DNA from: a virus
Length of the DNA: 35,165 nucleotides
IMG/VR virus record: IMGVR_UViG_3300045988_039817
Strand: one strand, 5' to 3'
How positions within the stretch are numbered: position 1 is the first letter of the stretch; every line of letters begins with the position of its first letter. The translations under genes were made by a program, and so were the position numbers. The notes below the pieces were generated by a model that had not been told where the DNA came from, did not search any database, and saw nothing but the letters and a program-made list of their open reading frames with translations. Of the stretch, positions 23,809 through 32,115 are shown one piece after another.

Positions 23809-24084
23809 TCAATCTCCAAACACAACGCCGCACTCGTCCTTCAGCACGTTTTTGATGTGCTTCCGCTTGATGCGGCCTTCGTTTATCTCCTCTGCCAGCT
23901 TCTCCAAGCACTCGTACAGATATGCGATGCTCTGCGTGTCCCGGCTGTCCTCGGTCTGCTCCTGAATGTGCCAGCCGCATTTGTCCATCAGCACCATCGC
24001 CACCATGTCCATGTTCTCTCGTGTGCCTTGCAGCTTGCCACGCATAAAAATACGGTCGTCCCTGCTCAAATGCTGTTTACCCAT
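23809..24084 (-). CDS. Hypothetical protein (91 aa)
   Basis: ORF in the operon, no motif. Confidence 0.55.
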   Translation of the reverse strand: MGKQHLSRDDRIFMRGKLQGTRENMDMVAMVLMDKCGWHIQEQTEDSRDTQSIAYLYECLEKLAEEINEGRIKRKHIKNVLKDECGVVFGD

Positions 24085-24085
24085 G

Positions 24086-25159
24086 TCAATACCTCACTCC
24101 GATGTAGTCCAGCACCCGCGCATAACCGAGACCGTCTTTCGTGGGCTTCCACAGCCCATCCGTGTCGAACGCACCACCGCCGATGCAGAACTGGTAGTGC
24201 TTCGGGTGCGTCAGTTTCATGCGTTCAAAGCGGTTGACGCCCTTTTCGAGGTGCGCCCCGAACGCGCAAAACATACACCCCTGCCTCTGGCAGCCCGTGC
24301 AGTGTAGCTTGCAGTCGATCAGCGTCGCGCCGTAGTCGTTCTCGCCGTCGCTGGCCACGATGTCTCCGTATACGCTGGCGTAGGGGAGTTGGCGGTCTAC
24401 GATGAAGCGAAGCACGTCTTGCTCCGTCCAAAAGCTCATGGGCTTGCCCCTCGGTCGCTTTCCCTCAAAGGCGTTGCAGCCAGTCGCCGTCCATGTTCGC
24501 ATCCGCAAAAGACTTTATTCAGCCATTGTCGCAACGATGGTCTTTTCTTTTGCCGCACTTTCGTACCTGTGCGCTGGGCTTTTCTTCATGATCCGACAGC
24601 ACTCGGAAGATACGAGAAACGGTGCGTCAAGCAGAAATGCCCAGTTGTCGCAGTTCCAGCTGCTTTTGTTCCCATCCTTATCAAGCATTTCGCCGTGCAA
24701 TTTTTTAGCTCGAACACAATTTGGATTTTTCCTCGTCTGATATACAGTGTCCGCTATCTCTTTGCTCACGACGCTGTACCCGTACTTCGTCACCACCTGT
24801 CGAATGTTCATCTTCGGGCGTAGACGGCGAAGGTTTACGGTCACGCGGGGAAACTCCCTCCGCAGCCAGTCGGCGTACTCATTGACGAACTTCTGTATCT
24901 CTGGGTACTCCAGCCCAGTGTTCACAAACACCAAGTTCAGCTCCCACGGCGGCGTCCTGAAACTCGCCAGATACCGTGCCGCCAGATACGCCAGCACCGT
25001 GCTGTCCTTGCCGCCGGAGAAACTGACGTAGCACTGTCCGCCCCATGCGGTGTACCACTCGTCCAGCTTTTCGTATGTCAGCATCTCTTTGTCCTGCACG
25101 TCCAGCGCCATCAGTTTCCTTGCTGCTTCTTTTGTCAGCGGCTGGTTGACGTGTATCAT
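24086..25159 (-). pseudogene. PAPS reductase-family (PP-loop ATPase, IbrA/DndC-like) gene interrupted by one in-frame TAA (24515-24517)
   Basis: The N-terminal half 24515..25159 has the PP-loop SFSGGKDS. The C-terminal half 24086..24508 is in the same frame and has CKLHCTGCQRQGCMFCAFG. The junction reads VATMAE*SLLRMRTW, against the family motif R-x-E-Q/E-S-x-x-R. Confidence 0.75.
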
Positions 25160-25224
25160 GTGTCATCCTCCTTCACTGCCACAGGCTTTGCCCGCCGTGC
25201 CATGCCCTACTTCATTTCTTTTAT

Positions 25225-25494
25225 CTATGCATCCCGCCGCAGTACGGTGTCCCGCAGATCCTCATTCGTTTGCCGCAGCACCGCGATCTCCTCGGCATAC
25301 CGGGCGCAGCGCTCCACCAGATCCTCGATCTTGTCGGCGGCGTCCATCCCCATTCGATCACAGTCGCAGCTCGTGTATTCCTCTCCATCAAGCGACTCGA
25401 CCACACGATAGGCGCACGCCGTGCAGGGTGGGGCAGACGTAGGCGCCTGAAACGAGCACCGCATCGCCGCCACCAGATCAGTCGTCTTTATCAT
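25225..25494 (-). CDS. Cys-rich plus coiled-coil protein, truncated paralogue of 23499..23798
   Basis: ATG 25494 (AAGGAG RBS). It ends at a TAG that aligns with a CAG in the paralogue. Homology continues in frame to 25156. Confidence 0.5.
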   Translation of the reverse strand: MIKTTDLVAAMRCSFQAPTSAPPCTACAYRVVESLDGEEYTSCDCDRMGMDAADKIEDLVERCARYAEEIAVLRQTNEDLRDTVLRRDA

Positions 25495-25960
25495 CCGTAT
25501 CCGCTCCTTTCTTCCGCTCCATCTTGTCCAGCGCAGCGGCCACCGCCCGCCAGACCGACACCGGAAACCTCTCCCGACCCAGCATTCTGCCCAGCATCTC
25601 CGGGGTGACAGCTTTGCCATCCACTTCATCACACAGCTCCGCCAAAGGTGTAAAGCTGGTGAGGCCATCTGTCCGGCGATAAGCCTCCAACCTCGCCAGC
25701 GCCTGGCGCTTAAACTCCGCCGCTTCCGCCGCACCGCTCCGGGAAATGGTAGACGGCGGTGCGGGTTTTGCAGGCTCAGGAGGGGGTATCGGAGGAACAG
25801 ATGCCTCCGGCAGCTCCTCTGCAGCCGCCAAGGCGCGGCGGGCCAGCACCAGCATCTCTATCTTGTCAAAGCTGCCCGCGCCCATGCCGTTGTTCAGGAT
25901 GCCTCGCAGGTAGTTCGCCAGCTCGGCGCATTGCGCCTTTGTCAAGTCAACTCTCGTCAC
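25478..25960 (-). CDS. Hypothetical protein (160 aa, Pro/Ala-rich linker)
   Basis: ORF in the operon, no motif. Confidence 0.55.
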   Translation of the reverse strand: MTRVDLTKAQCAELANYLRGILNNGMGAGSFDKIEMLVLARRALAAAEELPEASVPPIPPPEPAKPAPPSTISRSGAAEAAEFKRQALARLEAYRRTDGLTSFTPLAELCDEVDGKAVTPEMLGRMLGRERFPVSVWRAVAAALDKMERKKGADTDDKDD

Positions 25961-26252
25961 GCTGCTGCCCCCCCTCAGAGCGTCCCTTGTGCCGCAGCTC
26001 CGCTATCTGCCGCGCAAGCTCATCTTTAGATGAGCAGAATGTCACGGAGTCTTCGCGCCTATCGAGCCGCCACATAGGAGACTCTTCGTGAGTCACAGCC
26101 ATAAGCACGCACGCCTTAAATAGTTCCCTTGTTGTGGAGGGAACTTTCCTGTAAATCGCAGAAATGACTTCGCAGCAATCCGCTGCAACCTGCTGTACAG
26201 TACCATCAACTTCAATAGTCATTTCCCTACCGATACGCTCACACTTAATCAT
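25947..26252 (-). CDS. Hypothetical protein
   Basis: ATG 26252 overlaps the ParB stop codon. GGAGGAG RBS. Confidence 0.5.
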   Translation of the reverse strand: MIKCERIGREMTIEVDGTVQQVAADCCEVISAIYRKVPSTTRELFKACVLMAVTHEESPMWRLDRREDSVTFCSSKDELARQIAELRHKGRSEGGQQRDES

Positions 26253-27801
26253 CGCTATTCTCCTCCACATCCGGCAGCGCCAGCCACCGCACCACGTCTG
26301 TGTTTATGGGCTCTTTCCCCTTTTTGAACAGAAACGCCTCGCCGTCCCAGTGACAAGTCATCCGAATGACCCTACTGTCATCGCTGCCCAGTTTAAAATC
26401 CGCCACCGCGTCGCAGGGCGCTGCCGGCGTCGTCCCGCCCGGCATCCATACGGCAAATGAAGTCTGACCCGCGCAGGCCCTCGGCCCTGCGGCCAACTCG
26501 TCCACCATTTGCGGCTCGTTGGTTCGCATCATCAGATAGTCCACGCTGCACTCCAGCGCGTCCGCCGCAGCCAGCCACCGGTCGATGTCAGACAGGTGCA
26601 CGTTATACCCGAAAGGCAGCTCCGTCTCCGGCGTCAGCTTCTCATGCCCCGTCTCGAAGGACTCTGCCCTCCCGGACAGACTGCTCCACGGGCAATCTAT
26701 CTTCTCAAAGAACTGCTTCGGAGTCAGCCCCGCCTGACGGCGCAGGCTTCCAAACCTCTGCCAGATGGCGTCAACGCGCTCTATCGCCGGACGCTCTCGA
26801 GCCTCTTTCTCTGCCGCTTCCTGCTGTTTCTCCGCTTTTGCGGAAGCCTTTAGCTCTTTCTGCTTGCCGAGCAGCTTCGGGCACACCGACTTGCAGCTTT
26901 GAAGCGCGCCACACCCCGCGCAGCACCCGCGCACACACCCACAGTACGCCCAGCGATCTTTGATCTTCACCTTGATAGTGTGGGCGATCCGTCTATCTCT
27001 GTGCGTACACGGCCCGCCGTCGGAGCACTTGACTTTACTTCCGATGATCCCGTCCACATCCTTAGCCACCGCCTCAACCATGCCCGCGTACAGATATTTG
27101 AGCCCGCTGTCGCCTGTGGCCTGGCCGCGATATGCATCCACTACCTCCCGTTGGATGGCCACCGGCAAGCGGGCCAGATTATAGGCTGTGTCCTCGCTCA
27201 TACGCTTGGTCTGAGGGCCATCCCAGTATGCCTTGCAGATGTCTGGCGCGAGACTCTTCCGAATAACGTCCAGCCGCGCCAGCTTGCTCCTGCTGATCTT
27301 GCACGCCTCAGCCACATGATCCCGCATCCGGCCTGGAAATTCGTAGCCCTCCTCCTTCAGCTGGTAGAGCAGCTCCCGCACTTTCTCAGCCTGTCGGGAG
27401 ATCTCCGCGGAGCTCAGATCCCGGGTGGCGCTGTTGGCATAGATCAGACGCAGCTCCCGCAGAGCCGGGGACACATCACCCTGCTCCCGGATGCACGGCA
27501 CATCCCGTAGGTCGGCCCGCCCTTCGGCCACCAACTTGCGGATGGCAGCTGCCCGGCGATGGCCCGACACGATCACCACATGGCCGTTCTCGCCGTCGCG
27601 CACCCGGATGGGCTGCTGCAGGCCAATGGTGGCGATGTTGTCCGCCAGTGCGTCCAGGTCGCTGAGCTGATAGAAGTTATTCGGATCGCTGTCCAGAAGA
27701 TCCACGTCTATGTACTCGATCTGCTCCCGCCCGGCGTCCGAATTGGACACCGGCTGCGCCAGTGTCTTGGCGAAATCGCCCATGTCAAACTTCTTAGCCA
27801 T
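26245..27801 (-). CDS. parB: ParB-family protein with a long C-terminal extension (Cys-rich segment, degenerate XRE-like HTH)
   Basis: IEYIDVDLLDSDPNNFY...IGLQQPIRVR...VVIVSGHRRAAAIRKL (ParB N-terminal domain, GHRR box). Start overlaps the ParA stop codon. Confidence 0.8.
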   Translation of the reverse strand: MAKKFDMGDFAKTLAQPVSNSDAGREQIEYIDVDLLDSDPNNFYQLSDLDALADNIATIGLQQPIRVRDGENGHVVIVSGHRRAAAIRKLVAEGRADLRDVPCIREQGDVSPALRELRLIYANSATRDLSSAEISRQAEKVRELLYQLKEEGYEFPGRMRDHVAEACKISRSKLARLDVIRKSLAPDICKAYWDGPQTKRMSEDTAYNLARLPVAIQREVVDAYRGQATGDSGLKYLYAGMVEAVAKDVDGIIGSKVKCSDGGPCTHRDRRIAHTIKVKIKDRWAYCGCVRGCCAGCGALQSCKSVCPKLLGKQKELKASAKAEKQQEAAEKEARERPAIERVDAIWQRFGSLRRQAGLTPKQFFEKIDCPWSSLSGRAESFETGHEKLTPETELPFGYNVHLSDIDRWLAAADALECSVDYLMMRTNEPQMVDELAAGPRACAGQTSFAVWMPGGTTPAAPCDAVADFKLGSDDSRVIRMTCHWDGEAFLFKKGKEPINTDVVRWLALPDVEENSDD

Positions 27802-28576
27802 CGTCCCGAACCTCCTCGCGCAGATATTCCCAAACCCACGCCCGGTAGTCCTGCGCTGCGGCGCTGCGCGGACTGTAGTCGTTCACAGGCTGCCGCAGGA
27901 ACGTGCTCTCCGGCACTTTCTCTGTCCGGCGTATCACCGTAGTGAACACCGGCAGACTCAAACCGCGCAGCAGTGCCTCGCCCTGCCGGACCACCTCGCT
28001 GTTGTGCCACTGGCAGATCAACACGCCGGCGATCTTGATGGACGTGTTGGCCTGGCGCATACTGCTCACCTGGGCGATCATATCGCTGACGCCCCAGACA
28101 GAGAACCCATCCACTACCATGGGGATCACCACCTCATCGGCGGCCATCAGTGCCGCGCAGCTGGCCGCCGTAAAGCCCGGCGGGCAGTCGAAGATCATAT
28201 ACTCCACGCCGTCCTGGGCCGCCGCGTCCCGGAAGTCCCGCAGCGAGTGAATGCTGTGAATGCTGCTCCTCAGCGCCTTTACGTCCAGGGCGTATAGGGA
28301 GCTGCTGCCGGGCAGCAGCTGCACCTTGCCCTTGCCGTCCACCGGGATGGTGCTGTCGCTCCACACTGACTCGCTATCGCCCAGCAGAACGTCGGCCACC
28401 GTGGCAGTGTTGTCCGGATCCAGATCCGGGAAGTAGAACCGCGTCAGGCTCATTTGCCCGTCGCAGTCAACGATCACGGAAGTCTTCCCGGCGCGGCGCA
28501 GCGCGTCGGCCAAAGTGAGGGCGGTTACGGTTTTTCCCACGCCGCCCTTCAGGTTCATGATTGCTATCGTTCTCAC
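27794..28576 (-). CDS. parA: ParA/Soj-family partition ATPase
   Basis: Deviant Walker A NLKGGVGKT. GTG start 28576 with AGAGG upstream. Confidence 0.9.
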   Translation of the reverse strand: MRTIAIMNLKGGVGKTVTALTLADALRRAGKTSVIVDCDGQMSLTRFYFPDLDPDNTATVADVLLGDSESVWSDSTIPVDGKGKVQLLPGSSSLYALDVKALRSSIHSIHSLRDFRDAAAQDGVEYMIFDCPPGFTAASCAALMAADEVVIPMVVDGFSVWGVSDMIAQVSSMRQANTSIKIAGVLICQWHNSEVVRQGEALLRGLSLPVFTTVIRRTEKVPESTFLRQPVNDYSPRSAAAQDYRAWVWEYLREEVRDDG

Positions 28577-28781
28577 TGTTTTGTACCTCTTTTCTCTTCA
28601 CTCTTCCGCACGGGATGGTCTCCCGGTACGTGTAAAATCCCGTCCGCCGTTCCACGACGGCGAACCGTCCTTCTGGATGTATCCACACCACGATCCCCGG
28701 CACGCTGGGCGCTTTCAGCTCCGTATCCTTCGCGTACCGCAGGACAAAGGGGACGAACATCACCTTGTCGCCTATCTGCAC
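28467..28781 (-). CDS. Hypothetical small protein whose 3' end overlaps parA by about 110 nt
   Basis: GTG 28781 lies 7 nt after a strong AAGGAGG and 2 nt after the dnaB stop codon. The first ~65 aa look protein-like. The tail is Arg-rich and may be read-through. Confidence 0.4.
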   Translation of the reverse strand: MQIGDKVMFVPFVLRYAKDTELKAPSVPGIVVWIHPEGRFAVVERRTGFYTYRETIPCGRVKRKEVQNSENDSNHEPEGRRGKNRNRPHFGRRAAPRREDFRDR

Positions 28782-28782
28782 A

Positions 28783-30201
28783 TCATTCCTCCTTTTCTGG
28801 GAACGGGCACTCCGGGTCGTGCGGACTGATCTCACGCAGCCCGATCTGCCCCGGCGACTGCGCCCGTGCCTTCGTCTTTTGAGCTTTCCCGGCAGAGGTG
28901 AAGTGCCGTAAGACAGACTGCCCGTCCGGCCCGGTCATCACGCTGAACCGCTGGTGCGCACCGTCAAAGAACATGGGCCAGCGGCCCAGGCGGCCCTCCT
29001 TCTGTTTGTCGATCTTGAGTATCCGCGACTTTGCTGGATCAAGAGGCTCGTCCAGCCACGGCACGCGGTCCTTCGACCCTGGCTTATAGAGCAGCATCAC
29101 CATATCCGCGTCCTGCTCCAGCTGTCCCGTCTCCTTCAGGTCGTGCATGGTCGGCTCTTTCCACCCTCCCTGCTTCTGCGGGCGAGCCAGCTGCGCCAGC
29201 TCCACCACCAGCGTCCCACTGGACTGGGCGAAAGTGTGCAGCGACATGGAGATCGCCGCCACCGCCTGCACCGATCCGGCCCGCGGGTCAGTCTCCGGCC
29301 TCACCAGCTGGACGTAGTCCACGAAGATCACGTCGAACCCGTAGGCCTTGCTCACCGCCTGGATCTGCGTGGCGGTCATGCCGCTGCCCCGCAGCAGCGT
29401 GAGTCGGCGCGCCGTAAACTCCTGGCCACCCTCGGCCACGATCTGCCAGTCGTTCTCCGTCAGCTGCTGGCGCTTGATGGTGTTGAAGTCCAGCCCCAGC
29501 ACCGTGGAAACCAGGCGCTCCGTCAGCTTCTTCTGCCCCGTCTCCAGGGAAAAGAACCCCACGTTGTGCGTCTTGGCCATGTGATAAGCCAGCGCCAGCG
29601 CAAAGGCCGTTTTGCCACTGGAGGGCTCACCGCCGATGACAACCACGTCCCCCGGCTCGGTGTACGTACCCTCATCCAGCTCCCGGATACCATAGCCGAT
29701 GTACTCCCGCTTCTCTTCGCTGCCCTGGGCGGCCATGAAGTACTGGTAGGCGTCCTTCATGCTCCAGGCATCCACGCCCTGCCCGGTGGCCATCAGCTCA
29801 CCCAAGGCCGCGATGCGCTCCCGGCAGTCGTCCACATTGACAGCTCCAGCCAGCTCCGCCGCGATAGCCCGGATGCGCTCCAGTGCCGCCTGCTGGCGGA
29901 CGATCTCAGCGTACTCCCGCCAGTTGGCGCTGGTGGGCGTGATCTCCATCAGCCGGATCAGCCGATCCTCAATGCCCTGACCCAGCTTGTCCCGGATCGT
30001 GACCGGGTCTACCGGCAGGCCGTCCAACATCAGCGCCCGCGCCGCCTGGAAGATCCTCCGGTTTTCCGGGTTGCAGATGTCCGAGGCGTTCACCGCCGCC
30101 AGGATGGGCGACACGGTAGTCTCGTCAATAAGCATCGCGCCGATGACGGCGTTCTCCGCGGTCAGGCGGCCCGCCAGACTGTTCTCAGCCTCTACTGCCA
30201 T
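28783..30201 (-). CDS. dnaB: Replicative DNA helicase (DnaB-like)
   Basis: N-terminal AENAVIGAMLID, Walker A GGEPSSGKTAFALALA, RecA-like C-terminal fold motifs. Confidence 0.9.
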   Translation of the reverse strand: MAVEAENSLAGRLTAENAVIGAMLIDETTVSPILAAVNASDICNPENRRIFQAARALMLDGLPVDPVTIRDKLGQGIEDRLIRLMEITPTSANWREYAEIVRQQAALERIRAIAAELAGAVNVDDCRERIAALGELMATGQGVDAWSMKDAYQYFMAAQGSEEKREYIGYGIRELDEGTYTEPGDVVVIGGEPSSGKTAFALALAYHMAKTHNVGFFSLETGQKKLTERLVSTVLGLDFNTIKRQQLTENDWQIVAEGGQEFTARRLTLLRGSGMTATQIQAVSKAYGFDVIFVDYVQLVRPETDPRAGSVQAVAAISMSLHTFAQSSGTLVVELAQLARPQKQGGWKEPTMHDLKETGQLEQDADMVMLLYKPGSKDRVPWLDEPLDPAKSRILKIDKQKEGRLGRWPMFFDGAHQRFSVMTGPDGQSVLRHFTSAGKAQKTKARAQSPGQIGLREISPHDPECPFPEKEE

Positions 30202-30941
30202 CCGTACACCGCCTCTCCGCCGCCGTCAGGCCCGTCAGGGCCGTCCAGCTCATCCGCATCGTGCCAGCGCTCCCCGTTCAGCCATGTGGCCACATGGGGG
30301 ATGCCAATATCCCGCTGCCACTCCTCCGTGGCCTTCAGTTTCGCCAGCGACCGCGCCATGGTGTCAATCAGCGCGTCATCGGGCTGCAGCTTGTCCCATG
30401 CCGCGATAGCCCGCTGTTTGTTCTTCCGCCCCTTCCTGGGGTAGTAGTCCCACAGCCCCGCGAACCGCTCCGGCTTCCACTCCGGCGCATCCTTGTGCAC
30501 ACGTGTTTTGCACACTTTTTCCCCCTGGGGGGTAAGGGGGGTATTATTAATTATATTATTCCTGTTATATTGTGGGGGTATGGACAATTTTGCGGAGACC
30601 CCCGGACAATTTTGCGGAGACCCCCCCTCCGCAAAATTGCGGAGACCCCCCGGGTACACACCGGCGTAAATGCGCCGCGTCGTGCCCGCGCCAGAGGCCA
30701 CCATGTCCGTGTCTATGTAACCTCCGTCCCGGAGCGCGGACACCAGCCGCGTCACGGATTTTGCCGACCAGCCGAAAAGCTCCGCGAAGTACTCGTTGCC
30801 GGCCCAACAGAAGCCCTCCCGGTTGCACAAAGCGCTGATCTCGCCGTACAGCAGTTTGGCGTTGGGCGGCAGTTTGTCATCGTAGCGCACGTCGGCGGGG
30901 ATCACGGCCCAGTAGGCCGGTTGCTCAGTTTTTTTTGCCAA
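30192..30941 (-). CDS. Replication initiator / replisome organiser (N-terminal winged HTH, DnaD-like)
   Basis: YWAVIPADVRYDDKLPPNAKLLYGEISALCNREGFCWAGNEYFAELFGWSAKSVTRLVSAL is the HTH_36-type phage initiator N-terminus. TTG start. Stop codon overlaps the dnaB start. Confidence 0.7.
   Translation of the reverse strand: MAKKTEQPAYWAVIPADVRYDDKLPPNAKLLYGEISALCNREGFCWAGNEYFAELFGWSAKSVTRLVSALRDGGYIDTDMVASGAGTTRRIYAGVYPGGLRNFAEGGSPQNCPGVSAKLSIPPQYNRNNIINNTPLTPQGEKVCKTRVHKDAPEWKPERFAGLWDYYPRKGRKNKQRAIAAWDKLQPDDALIDTMARSLAKLKATEEWQRDIGIPHVATWLNGERWHDADELDGPDGPDGGGEAVYGWQ
30541..30651. repeat. Putative phage replication origin inside the initiator gene: AT-rich block plus iterons
   Basis: 30541-30580 is AT-rich (GTATTATTAATTATATTATTCCTGTTATATTG). 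GGACAATTTTGCGGAGACCCCC occurs at 30582-30603 and 30604-30625. An inverted CTCCGCAAAATTG follows, then a third TTGCGGAGACCCCCC at 30637-30651. Confidence 0.55.
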
Positions 30942-30994
30942 ATTTCTCTCGCCCCCTTGCGAACGTCAAAATATCTGTTATACTGGTATTGTTC

Positions 30995-31153
30995 TCACAG
31001 GGCATTGTGCCTTGTACCAGCCGAACGCTTCCGAGCTCCACCTCGGGGGCGTTCTTTTTTTGCGCCTTTTCCGCAGCCGTCCACCATCCAGACGACCGCC
31101 GCCGCGCCGGCAGCCGCGCAAGCGTATTGCACGACCATGACCCACAGCTCCAT
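30995..31153 (-). CDS. Possible small membrane protein (52 aa)
   Basis: ATG 31153 with GGGGAGGTG upstream. Hydrophobic N-terminal helix and a basic tail. Weak call. Confidence 0.3.
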   Translation of the reverse strand: MELWVMVVQYACAAAGAAAVVWMVDGCGKGAKKERPRGGARKRSAGTRHNAL

Positions 31154-31167
31154 GACTTCACCTCCCC

Positions 31168-31416
31168 TCAGCAGGCCTTTGCCCACAGGGCAAACAGCTC
31201 GTCTACCGGGATGCGCGTCACCCTCGCCAGCGCCGCGATTTCCTTGCCGGAGCAGCTGGGCAGGTCCTTGATGCGGGCGTAGATCGTACTGCGGCTCATG
31301 CCCGCGGCCCTCGCCGCCCCATCCAGGCCGCCGTGGATGGCATAGGCCTGCGACTTGATGCGGATGGCCATGTCCTTGGCCGCGTCCGTTTTCGCGCTCA
31401 GCTTCGTCCTCGGCAT
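31168..31416 (-). CDS. Small HTH DNA-binding protein
   Basis: ATG 31416 lies 5 nt after AAGGAGGTG. GMSRSTIYARIKDL is HTH-like. Confidence 0.55.
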   Translation of the reverse strand: MPRTKLSAKTDAAKDMAIRIKSQAYAIHGGLDGAARAAGMSRSTIYARIKDLPSCSGKEIAALARVTRIPVDELFALWAKAC

Positions 31417-31418
31417 GG

Positions 31419-31865
31419 TCACACCTCCTTCGCGTATTCCAGCGCCAGCGCCGCCTGTACGATGTCTCCCAGCTCCGTGGTGATCTCGTCGAACAGAGCC
31501 CGCTCGCCCTCGCTGATGACGCCGTCCTCGGCGATCTCCATCAGCTGGTCGCTGCGGTGGGCCTCGGCGAAGGCCATGACCCGCCGCACTAACTTGATCA
31601 CCGCCATCGGCAGCGGCTCAGGCTTCGCCATCATCACGCACTCAGGCAGCAGCCAGGGCTTGCACTGTAAATGCTGCGCCCCCAGATACTGCGCGTCATA
31701 GACCGCCATCATCCGCGTGACCACATCGTCGCCCGGCAGCCGCAGGCCCGTCTCGTAGGCCCTCATGCTCTCCACGCTTACCGCCAAGCGTTCCGCTGCC
31801 GCTTCCTGCGTCAGTCCGGCAGCTTTTCGGGCGGCCTGATAGATGTTTCCGTTGTCCCTCGGCAT
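31419..31865 (-). CDS. XRE-family HTH protein with a C-terminal helical domain
   Basis: ATG 31865 (GGGAGGG RBS). IYQAARKAAGLTQEAAAERLAVSVESMRAYETG is an XRE HTH. Confidence 0.65.
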   Translation of the reverse strand: MPRDNGNIYQAARKAAGLTQEAAAERLAVSVESMRAYETGLRLPGDDVVTRMMAVYDAQYLGAQHLQCKPWLLPECVMMAKPEPLPMAVIKLVRRVMAFAEAHRSDQLMEIAEDGVISEGERALFDEITTELGDIVQAALALEYAKEV

Positions 31866-31893
31866 GGACAACACCCTCCCTTCTCTCGTATAA

Positions 31894-32085
31894 TTAGCTG
31901 GCAGCGTCGGCCAGCAGCTCCGCCTCGGTGCAGCCCAGCAGCGCACACAGCTTCGGCCTGTACTTCTTCAACGGCGTACTGTCGCCGGCCTCCCACTTAG
32001 CCACCGCGGACTGATCTACCTCCACCGCGTCCGCCACCTGCGCCTGGGTCAGGCCGCGCTTTCGCCGGATTTCTCTCAATGACAC
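31894..32085 (-). CDS. Cro-like XRE-family HTH repressor, first gene of the early operon
   Basis: SLREIRRKRGLTQAQVADAVEVDQSAVAKWEAG. GTG 32085 has AGGTGA 5 nt upstream. The ORF-track start GTG 32094 is also possible. Confidence 0.7.
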   Translation of the reverse strand: MSLREIRRKRGLTQAQVADAVEVDQSAVAKWEAGDSTPLKKYRPKLCALLGCTEAELLADAAS

Positions 32086-32115
32086 ACTTTTCACCTACCT
32101 TTATGAGATTTCATA

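Noticed and set aside
24515-25227. Stop-codon reassignment (TAG and/or TAA read as Gln) as the explanation for the three in-frame stops
   Set aside because: TAG and TAA are used as ordinary terminators elsewhere in this phage. Examples are TAG at 12056 and 30192, and TAA at 32670, 19296, 3622 and 23045, each followed by the next RBS or start codon. All structural and lysis genes are uninterrupted, and I see no suppressor tRNA gene in the window. Nonsense mutation or read-through is more parsimonious. The pattern is kept as a finding, not the recoding claim.
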